Shown here: one piece after another, positions 23,801 to 35,900 of the stretch
Position numbering within the stretch: the first letter of the stretch is position 1
How the letters are laid out: each line of letters begins with the position of its first letter
NCBI RefSeq assembly: GCF_001194135.2
Contig: NC_068989.1
Location: 71,580,419-71,644,165, forward strand
DNA from: Octopus bimaculoides
Lineage: Eukaryota
DNA: 63,747 nucleotides
Reading direction: 5' to 3'
Notes under the pieces: model-generated
The model's database searches: none
What the model was told of the DNA's origin: nothing
What the model saw: only the letters and a program-made list of their open reading frames with translations
Made by a program: the position numbers and the translations under genes

Positions 23801-26800
23801 ATTCTATCGGTCTCTTTTGCCAAGCTGCTAAGTTACGGTGACATAAACATACCAACGTCATTTGTCAAAATACACATATGATGGGTTTCTTTCAGTTTCT
23901 GTCTACCAAATCCAAGGCTATAGTAGGAGACTCTTGCCCAAAGTGCCATGCAGTGGGACTGAACCCAGAACCATGTAGTTGGGAACCAAGCTTCTTACTA
24001 CACAGCCATGGCTGCATCTGTATTCACTTTATCAAAAATATAACATACATACTTCAACTTTGCATGGAGAGAGAGATGGGAGGTTGTGGCATTCCAGCCT
24101 CTCTAACAACGTACTGCTGTTTGCTAATCACTTTCTGTCTCTCTCTCTCTCCTACCAACCACTATATAACCCTGTTTTCTTCCATCATACTCTTGTTCCT
24201 TCCACCCATGCTGGTCCCGCTAATATCATCCTTTTTCTCCAACTCCTCTCCTAAGTCACCTATGCAAATGTGCACACCTTTGCATATTGAGTTCTCTCTA
24301 TACCTACATTTACTCCACTCTCCTCATGTTTGTAACAGTCATTTCTGGACTTCCTGTTCTCGTTATTCCCATTCCAAATTTAGATCTACTGTAAAGTGGT
24401 CAGCTAAACAGAGAAAATGTAGGACTGCGAGGGATCCCTCAAGCCCTGTCTTACCAAGGATTATGCAACCCCACTAGTGTTGGTGCCACAACAAAATGCA
24501 CCTACTACATTCTGTAAATTAGCAAGTATATGAAGGACATCCAGTTGTGGAATCAAATGATAGATACAAGCAGTCTTTGGGAACTGTAGTTCTTTATAGG
24601 AAGCAACTCAGACTGTGATGACCCATCCAACCCATACCAGCATGGAAAGCAGACATAAAATGATGTTGATTCAGAAACCTTGCCAAATCAGATTGGGGGC
24701 CTGGTGCAGCCTTCTGGCTTGCTAGTCCTCAGTCAAACTGTCCAACCCATGCCAGCATGGAAAGCAGACATTAAACGATGATGATGATGACAGTCTGACA
24801 AGGCTGGCTCTTTGAATCCCAGACGAGGTCCAGTAAGCGGCTTCCCCTCAACCCAGCTTCACCCTTAATATCTGTAATATCCATACAAATATCAATAATT
24901 ACATATCTCAAATGATGATGGTGACTTGACCTGCTACAAAGAGGAGCCAGATTTTTTTCAGATCACAACATCTGCCATTTTAAAAGAATGGACAATTATT
25001 GTTATTGAATTACGGCCATGCTGGGGCACCCAAAGATTAAATAGAAAATAGAGCATTATTTCTTTAAGTTTCATTTAACTTCTGGAACAATTCAAATAAA
25101 ATCCATATCTAAATATTCCTAACTTCAATGTGTGTGTGTTAGCACATGTGTTATGAGATAACATGAGTGATAATGTATGTGTATGAGTATATTAACATGT
25201 GTGAGTGTATTAATATATTAGTATGTGTAAGCTGGTTAACATTGTTTATATCAGTATTACTGTGTGTAAAGAGAGAATGTATTAGCTTTTATTTATGTTT
25301 AATGTGTTAGCATGTGTGTTTGCAAATTAGCATATATGAAAGTATGTGTTAGAGAGAAGAGAGAGGTGAATGCATTAACCTGTATGTTATGTTTGATGTG
25401 TTAGCAAATGAGAAAGTATGCATTAGTATAAGTGTTAACATTGTTGTATGTGTGTATGAAGGAGAGAGAGAGAGTGAAGGAGAAAGAGCGTACGTTGTTA
25501 GGATTTATGTAAGCTTAATTTTACTGTCAATACATTTCAGTAAATTTAGTGTCTGTTCTATGGAACGAAAAAACCACAAAGAAGCAGAAAGGTCACCAAT
25601 ATATTTAAAATCTTGTTTAAGTGTTTGCCATGTCAATGTTTGGCAGCGTGTCAACAATCTTGCATTTCTCCTATAAGTGTGTTCAACAGATAAAAAAAGT
25701 GGACACAGACGTTTAAAAAAAAAATATGAAAAAAAAATAAGGCATACATAAAAAAATAGCAGCACAAGCTAGATAAACATTGACTATAAAAGCTGGTGGT
25801 GAACTCTGAGAAATTAAGATTAAAAATGAAAAAAAATTGTAAGCAATAAAATAGTATAACAATTCCCTAAGTGGTTACCTATAACAACACAGAATGACTT
25901 TAATGACCAAACGTGCATATTTTGGCAAGATGTACATAGAGAGACAATAACATGTCCATGCAGGCTTAAGGAGGGGCAACCTGTAGATATACTCACATCA
26001 GCCTGAGGTAGAGAATGACAGTTCATTGTTGGTAGGGTAACCATGCCAACAGACATAGACCGTCGTTTTTGGGCCTGCTTCCAAGGAAAAGAGAAAGGGT
26101 TGGGGGGGAAAAAACAACAAATATATATATATATATATAGGGTATACAAGAATAAGGGCAGGGAATCGTCAATTAATAATAGGGTATATATATATAGGGT
26201 ATATATATGCATAAAATAACAAAACGGTCTTCTTTAGAAGAAACGAAAATTTTCACCTTTTGTTACCATATTTCTGTGGAGAAGCACTGGCTTTATTCTT
26301 CAATATATTTTCAAAATAGAGAATTTAGCAGAATAACTGTCATAAATAAAATGATGTTCACATCATATAATAAACATGAAACTTTGATGGAAGGTTTTAA
26401 TTTATTTCACTTTAAGACAGGAAGTTTGTATCGTTGAACCACAAGTGACCTCCAGCAGACAGGTATCAAAAGGGTTAAGAAAGCGGGGGGAGAAAAAACC
26501 CCCCAAATTTTAATTTTATTCCTGAAATACAATAAGAGACATAAAAATGATGACATGCCTTTAACATAACAAAAAAGTCTGGTCAAAAAGAAACCATACT
26601 TTTAAACCAGTACTCTAGCTAGCCAGCACTGAGCGTTGATGACTGAAGCACTTTTGACCTTCAATCTCAGAACAACCATATGATGCCATGGATCAGCAGT
26701 AAACATGTTAGAGTAAATATGTCCAGTGCAACTTCGCAATTAGTCACATGTTGAACAACGAAAAATCTGGAGGATATAGTGACTATTTACACACACATAA

Positions 26801-29800
26801 GTCACACCCCTAATTTAGTGTTAAATTTTATATAAATTTTATTTTCTTTTCAGTTTTATCTGTGTCCCATAAGTAACACTGCAGTTTTTTTTCCCCCCCC
26901 AGTTAAAATCAAGTATAAAATATTGTGATTTATACATGAGTATATATGGTATACACGGTAATCTTTCAGTATACCGTGTTTAAAAAAATAAATAAAAATT
27001 AAAGGGGAAATAACGAGGGGAGGGTATGTACACTCACAAAGTGATTGTGCATCAGGAGAACTTTGTAGATTTGACAAATAACAATGTCCATATGCAAAAT
27101 GTGGAGAATATGTGGATGTGGTTAAAAAGAAAATTATGACTTTAGGCAAATGTCTTCTACTATAGCCATGGGCCAACCAAAGCCTTGAGTGGATTTAGTA
27201 GACAGAAACTGAAAGAAGTCCGTCATATATATGTGTATGTGTGCATGTGTGTCTCCCCCACCATCACTTAACTGATGTTGGTGTGTTTATGTCCCCGTAA
27301 CTTAGCGGTTCAGCAAAAGTGACCGATAGAATAAGTACTAGGTTTACAAAGAATAAGCCCTGGGGTCAATTTGGTTGACTAAAGGCGGTGCTCCAACATG
27401 GCCACAGTCAAATCACTGAAATAAGTAAAAGAATAAAGAACTGTGCACTATCTCTGAAATTTCTAAAAATGCTTTCCAACAATAGAAAAAGTGTTGGGAG
27501 CAAGGTGCCCCAAAAGTGGAGGAAACCGTTTCTGAGGAGGTACAGGTGTGGCTGTGTGGTAAGAAGTTTGCTTATCAGTCTGGGTTATCGGTCAGTGGGC
27601 GCTGGTGCCCCTCCCATTTCTATTTCATCCTTTTTGTTATCACCCTCATCTCATTAATGTCTGTGTCCAGCCCGCAGCTTCTTTATGTTTGTCTGTCCCC
27701 TCTTTGTGAGGCCTTAATGGCCAATATATATGAAATAAAGACGTTTGCTTCCCAACTACATGGAACTAGGTTCAGTTCCACTCCATGACACCTTGAACAA
27801 GTGTCTTCTACTATAGATCCTAGCTGACCAAAGTCTCACAATAGGATTTGGTAGATAGAAACTGAAAAGAAAAGAGCCTGTCATATATATATGTCATCAT
27901 CATACAAGTGGTGTTCTCTGTTACCAAACTTCCTTGAAAACATATCTGGAAACAGATGACAGTTAGGGACAGTAAGAACATCCAACTGTAGAAAATCTAC
28001 TTCAACAAATTCCATCCAACCCATATGAGCATAGAGAAGTGGACATTAATTTTAAGTAAACAAATTTGTTTTAAAACAGTTTATGTTTGGACAGACTTTG
28101 TATTAACATTTATTTTTCTGTTGTAGCATTGGTTAGAAAGATCAGCAGTTTAAATATCTGTATTTAAAAAAGAAACAGCGTTTGATATTTTAACTTCATT
28201 TAATTATTTTCAAGTTTCAATACCTTTAACCCTTCCGTTACCATATTTCTGTCAAAATACACTGTTTCAATAAATTTCAACTATAATGAAGAATTTAGTA
28301 AAGTAACTGTAAAGCTAGATTTTGGAAAATAAATTAAGGTAGGATGTTGATGGAAGATTTTAATTTAAATTTAAATCACATTAAAACAGTGAATTCGTAT
28401 TACAGAACCTGGGGTGGTCTGAGACAGGTTAGTATCAAAAGGGTCAAATAAACATATTTGCCATTATTACTGTCAAGCATAGGTACATTAGTAAATAAAT
28501 AAATCTTTAAAACACATCTTGCCATGCCATAAAAAAAAAAGAATGTAGTCCAAATGTACACAGTTCATGAAAAAACAAACAAAACATCATCATCATCGTT
28601 TAACGTCCGCTTTCCATACTAGCATGGGTTGGACGATTTGACTGAGGACTGGTGAACCAGATGGCTACACCAGGCTCCAATCTGATTTGGCAGAGTTTCT
28701 ACAGCTGGATGACCTTCCTAACGCCAACCACTCCGAGAAAAACAAAAATGGTATAATCACAGGTTTGATAGCTTTAACTCATAAATCAGTTCTATCAACT
28801 ATGACAAGGGGTTAACCAACAGCTTAACATATTGTTTAGTAATGTCTAGAAAAAGTTATGCTCTCAATTCTTAGATATCATTTGCTGGACTTGAAGTCTC
28901 AAATTGAGATATTTATCTTCTCCAATAAATGCTAAATGATGAAAAACAAAACATTGACTCCAGCTAATTTGATATTGTAAAACAATGAAAATGCCAGCAT
29001 GAAAAACAGCAACCATTTGGTTAGAATACAAGCTATGCAAAAACGGAAATCAATTGACTGAGAACCAGAGATGACAGAATCAAGATGACACTCTACAGAG
29101 TAGATGCAGCTTCTTTAATGATACCATGTGGATCTGATATGGGGGCATGAGTCTACAAATTAAGGACATCTAACTTCATGAATAGGGACCATAAAAGGAT
29201 CTTAATAGGGATAGGCCAATCTTGTCTCAACAACATGAAAATACGCAATGCAACTCACACCAAGAAAACATCATCATGCCATATGCTCTTTAATTGTGAG
29301 CAGCACTTAGCTAAAGACCTCAGAAGGAATTCAACTTTTGGGTCTCACCTCTTCCAATAAAAGCCTATCCTTAATATAGTTGGGACTGTATCCCCAAAAC
29401 TGGCTGTTCTCTACAGAGCTAGAAGATACTTCAGGCCCCAATAATTATTGATACTCTGCAAAGCTCAGGTGATGTCTACAGTGGAGATCAATGGGATTGA
29501 GGCGAAGAGATTGCTGTGAATGGCAGTGAAGAGACTGATGCGAGCAACGGTGAAGAGATTGATGCACAATGATGGTGAGGAGATTGATGCAAACAACAGT
29601 AAGATTGATGTGGAAAACAGACTGATGAGGATGATGGTGAGCTTGATGCAAATGATGCTCGATTTGATCTTCTGTAAGTCAATGTTTGTAGAAAAAATGT
29701 CAACAGAGAGGGAGATTATAGAGGAATGATTGATTAATATATATATATCTTTATAGTGTCAGTTTATCAGATAGATGTGGGAAGAAGTAGGATGCAGACT

Positions 29801-32800
29801 GCTAGTTCAGAGTTCAGAGGAATGAAGGATGTTGTAGTAACAATGGGAGAGAGAGAGAGAGATCCCCCCCCACCCCAGAATGCCTTCGGCTACATGCTAG
29901 TAATTATAATGTGCTGACAAATGACTGGCTCTTTGACAATCTGCCAAACGCCCTTTGTTCTCTATACATTCTAGAAGATTTGAATATGTAGTAGTAACAC
30001 CATTCCACAGAGTTGAGAAGCACTCCAATATGGGTCAACAACTGATTAGAGCTGAACTATTCCATGGCCGTTAACAGGAAGCCTAGGTTTGGAGATGTGG
30101 AAGGAAGGCTACTGTCAACTGTTAGGCAGCATTTTAATATCATAGAGCAGAAAGAAATGTAGTATTGCTTTCACTAATTCTAGTTTACTTCACAGCCAAC
30201 TTGTTGATTTATGTGACACAAGATGATGAAACTGATCAAAATTGTAAATTATCATCACCATTCTAACAGGCAACTTTTCCATGCTTGCATTGGTCTGAGC
30301 TTTGTGAGGTAAATTTTATGCAGGCTGGATGCCCTTCCTGTTGCCAACACTCACTTGTTTCTCCAATCAAGGTAATAGTTCCCCTTGGCCAGACATATTT
30401 CCAAAGGATGTTGGAAATGAATGATAGTGCTTGTATAGAAATGACACCCATTTACAATCATTACACGATGTCAAAACAAGGAGACACAAAACAGGCTTTG
30501 TTCAACTTGGAGCTGTAGTAAAAAACTACTTGCCCAAGATGTCATGCAGTGGGACTGAACTTGAAACCATGTGGTCAGGAAGCAAACTTCATAACCACAG
30601 TCATGTTTGACACAATGGAATGTGAAAAGTATTTGCTGCAAGATTCCGTTTCTCTCAATTGATCTTGTGTATTGAACCTTTAGCATTCACATTATTTTGA
30701 ATTAATCATGATGTGATTGCTTAGTTTTAGGAAGACATTGTAGGATAGGTGTGAGAGTCCAGATCTGGCCAGTTTTAACATAAAACTGGTTAAATATTTA
30801 AGCTGGATATGGCTGGTTTGAATGCTAAAGGGTTAAACCATGCAGAGTTTAGTTGCATTTCACATCAGCAGACTAGGAGTATATTAAAAACAAATGTACA
30901 CAACTTCATATAGACCCTCACTGTTATACAGCAGACAGCAATATATATATTGTTTGGTGTTTCCTATATATAAGAGCAAAAGTTCCAGTCTGAGTCCATA
31001 TGACAGAGATAGTACATGCTACTGAGAAGGGGAAATGATGCCAAAACATGTCTGGCAGCCTGCTGTAATCACTTGGAATTTGGTTTCAAGAGATTTTACA
31101 CACAAAATCTACAGAGAAAAATTTCTCTGAGAACAAAGAATTCCCACAGTGAATGGCTTTTCACATTCTCGTATGCAGGAGCATTTTAAAAATAAATGCA
31201 CACATACATCTGTCCTTACTGTTTTGTGTGCTTGTACTAAATTAATTCCAGCTTGGCAAACTTCAGCATAAAACAGCAGATGTTTTATTTGCTCTCTCTC
31301 TCTCTACACACACACACAATATATACATAATATATATGTGAGCCTAAGTTCCAAATGACTGAGGTAGTGTCTGCAACTGAAGAGGCAAAAATCACACCAA
31401 AACACCATGTCTGGTAGTCTGCTGACGTCACTTGGATCTTGGTTTGATACGTTTTAACACACAAAGTCTATAGAGAAAAAAACATGCCATCTGTGTCCAA
31501 GGTGCAGAAGCATATTAAAAATATAAATGTATTTATATTGATCCTCACAGCTTTACATGCTTGTATTAACTAATGGAAATTAAATTTGGGTGTTTTAGTT
31601 TCAAGTCATCTGTGCTTTAATCAACAGATGCAATGGTAGATCAACATGTCTTCACATGCAACTTTGTGACTTAGAGCTTAAGTCAGCATTGTTTAACTTT
31701 TTTTAGCCTAGCATAACAAAATTTTAATTTCTACAATAATTCTATATTTGGAATGTCACTTACACATATTCTAGTTTTAGGTAAATGTTTATAAATAAAC
31801 TTTCTGTAACATAATATTACATGGCAAATTTTTTCCACAAAATCCATTGCATTTCGTTTAATCCTTTTAACATTTAAACCAGTCATATCCAGCCCAAATA
31901 ATCTACCTGATTTATGTTCAAACCAGCCAGATCCAGCCTCTCACATCTACTCTACAATGATATAGTAAAAATAAACAATTTCATCATTGAAATTCTGAAG
32001 CCACAAGATAATGGATGATTAATTCAAGACAATGTGAATAAATAAGCATTACATTTGACAGAGTAATATATATGCTAAAGAGTTAATCTTTTAGCGTTTA
32101 GACCAGCCATATCTAGCCCAAATAATTTACCGGTTTTATGTTCAAACCAGTCGGATGTAGCCTCTCACACCTACCCTACAATGTCATTATAAAAATAAAC
32201 AATCACTTCATCAAACTCTTGAAGATATGAAATAATGCACGAATAATTCAAAAGTGAATCAATAAGCTCTATATTTGACAGTATCTGAATGCTAAAGGGT
32301 TAAAACCATACAATATATCACTGCCAAAACATATACATGCATGCTATTGGTACACCATCACTGTTTCTAAACAGCAGTTCTCCTATAGATAATTTAAAAT
32401 AGATAAATAATTAAAAAAAAAAACCTGACATAAAAGTCTCCATCTTTCCACTTGTTCATTGTCTGGATTTCATTTAACCACAGAGAGTGGTTAAATGAAA
32501 TGGCAAGCTCAAACAGTCAAGTACACACAGGACCCTGAGAGGTAGTAAATTGATAACTTCTAAAATAGGTAGTAAATGGCTAATTCGACACCGCCAGGAA
32601 CTGAACTTAGCAAAATCAGGTTAGAGTTTCTGAGTATCTAAGACAGACATTAGAACAAAAGAGAATGTGTGCNNNNNNNNNNNNNNNNNNNNNNNNNNNN
32701 NNNNNNNNNNNNNNNNNNNNNNNNNNNNNNNNNNNNNNNNNNNNNNNNNNNNNNNNNNNNNNNNNNNNNNNNNNNNNNNNNNNNNNNNNNNNNNNNNNNN

Positions 32801-32906
32801 NNNNNNNNNNNNNNNNNNNNNNNNNNNNNNNNNNNNNNNNNNNNNNNNNNNNNNNNNNNNNNNNNNNNNNNNNNNNNNNNNNNNNNNNNNNNNNNNNNNN
32901 NNNNNN

Positions 32907-32945
<39 letters not shown>

Positions 32946-35900
32946 AATGAGACAGCAAGAGGAGGAAAATGTGTTTGAGATAGATAGAAAGCGATAAAGA
33001 ATGAAGGAAAGAGAAAAAGAAAGTGAATGAGCAGGATGTGCATGTGAGTAAGCATGAATGAGCAAAGGATTATGTAGGGATTCATGAAATTATATGCAAT
33101 GACTGCATGCCTGTATATACAACATAACTGTGTTTTGTAGAGAGAAATGTATGCATGCTAAAGTTTATGTAGCCCAGTGTAAAATGTGGTTGGAGTCACA
33201 TGACCCACACATACACTCCTGGCTGGTAAGTAATTAGACTGAGTAAATACAACAAACAACAAATATCCACTTCAAGCTAGATGATGATTACATAAATGCA
33301 CTCCCATGTGGCTGCTTCATGTTAAAAAAAAAAAAGCCCAGTTGCAACCAGTTTCTCAAACATAGATAATGTGAAACTCCATTGCTATTTTTTTTTAATT
33401 TCTTTCCCGTCACCTTTACTCTGAAGTAGGAACTGTCCGAAATGTTGGGTACTCCAGTCCCCACTGCAACTTCACAGTACTCTTTCTGTTGCTTTTGCCG
33501 ACGATAGATTCCTGTGGTGTAAACAATCAGTTACACTGTGGAAAAGCGATGGTCAAAAGCGTGTGCACAATGGAGAGAAAGAGAGAGCGAGTGCGAGATT
33601 CAAATGAATGCTACTAGCATATGCACACATATACAGACACACACATGCACAGAGGACAATTAGCTGTGTGTGTGGACTGTCTACGTGTGCATGTCATTAG
33701 CATTCATATATGTGAGAACTAACAGAAGACTTATGAAATATATTTTTTTATCCTGAAATAATTCCAAATTGACAGTTTCGATCATTTGTTCAATTTGGTT
33801 TACTTTATGTTGTATATAAGTACAAACTATACACACACACACACATATATAGCTTAATAAAATACTTTATACATGGTCTTTAATACCTGGTGGTTGTTTC
33901 TAATTAAATTGTAGAATATCCATAGAGTCAGTTAATAATTGTTAATGTAAGTCAAATTGAAATTAAATTTACATAAATTTATGAAAATGTTTAACTATTT
34001 ATTCTACACACAAATGCAACTACCATCTCATTTAACTATGGAATGTTTAATGATTAACACTGACATATTTAATGTAGTGAGGCTTAATGACTAATATATT
34101 AGCTCATTTCCTCACCTCACAAATATTTATAATTAAAATATTTAACACTTCCAACATTATATATACTAACATGAACTTAGCTCTTTTTTTTTTTTTGTCT
34201 TGGTGATGTAGGTGTAGGCACAGCTGGGTGGTTCAGAAGTTTGCTTCCCAACTACATGGTTTCAGGTTCAGTCCCACTATGTGATACTTTTTACTAGAAT
34301 CTCAGGCCAACCAAAGTCAGAGAGTAGATTTGGTAGAAAGAAACTGAAAGACCATCATGAGAGAGAGAGAGAGAGAGTGAGAGTGTTTGTATGTGTTGCT
34401 TTGTCTTGTCATTGTTGTAAATGTGTGTCAGTCATGCAAGTAGTGCCATTGGCTTCCAATGTTCTTCAAAAATATGTCTGGCCATAGGGAAACTCCCTTG
34501 CTTGGAATTAGGTGAGGGTTGGTGACAGGAAGAGCATCTAGACATAGAACACCTGCCTTAGTGAGTTCCATCCAATCCATGCAAGCATGGAAAAGTGGAC
34601 ATTGCAACAATGAAGATGATGGGATGATGTTACCTGATAAATGAACTGCAGTAAATAAATTTTCTTTTTTTTTTGTTAATACATAACTTTATAACTTACA
34701 TTGTCTAGACTGAGAACAGAAGAAGAAGGAGACTGTATGACAGTTCCCATGAAGTTTTTTGATGTACTAGCACCGTCTTGGGGTTCTGCTCCGAGCGACC
34801 AGCTCGACAAAGAGGTATTGAGGGCTTTGGCACGACTTTTAACAAGCATTTCGTTTTTCACAAGAAATTTTCTAATTTCTTTTCTGTTAAGTCCTCGTAT
34901 TCCAAAGATTAACTGAAAACAGAAAATAATAACATTAATAATAATTCTTTTATTGGCCACAAGGGCTAATATAAATCAAAACATTAAAGAACAACATAAA
35001 ACAATATACAAAGCGTTTTGCGAAAGAAAAAAAAAAAACATCTGTGGGGAGGCACTTCAAAGGTTACTCGTGGAAAAACCCATAAAAGCTATGGGTCCCT
35101 GATCAACAAGGCAAGAGCCCTTTTATACTTTTATTTTTTACAGGTGTATTTTGAGAATTGGTCCATCCATACTGGCCATTTTCCCGATATTCGCGAGCGC
35201 ACATTTTTTTTTTTCATATTCGTTCAGAGCAAATTGTTTTACATCTATTACACTATTTTTCTTTTGTTTCTTGGCTCCGGTGATGCGTCACCCCCTTTCG
35301 TGAGCACGCATTTTTTTTTCATATTCGTTCACAGCAAGTTGTTCTACACCTATTACACTAATTTTTTTCCGTTTTTTGAGCTCAGGTCAAACGCTTTAGT
35401 TTAACCCAATTTTCCCTATGTTTTCATGAAACTTTGGTAAGTCATTATCGTCACTTCAGGTTTGTATCAATTTAATTTCAGATTTTGGAACAATTTACCG
35501 TTAACTTTTTTTTTTTACGACGGTGGAATGCACGTTAACTAACGTAACGGAAAATGAGAGGAAAGGACCACAAAAGAAAAAAAAAAAAAATTACATTTTG
35601 AACTATTTTATTTTTCTGAAAAAAATGTAATCTTAGATGTATAAAACGGGTAAGGGGTGACTTGAAAATGTCAAAACTGAAAAATTGTACAATTTGGATT
35701 TCGCTGCTTGCAGTTATAACCTATGGATTGTGAAAATTACGGTTTTTGGTGCGCTAGATNNNNNNNNNNNNNNNNNNNNNNNNNNNNNNNNNNNNNNNNN
35801 NNNNNNNNNNNNNNNNNNNNNNNNNNNNNNNNNNNNNNNNNNNNNNNNNNNNNNNNNNNNNNNNNNNNNNNNNNNNNNNNNNNNNNNNNNNNNNNNNNNN

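Noticed and set aside
23878-24477. 199-aa plus-strand ORF
   Set aside because: Starts inside a reversed SINE and continues through low-complexity CT-rich DNA; no protein motifs.
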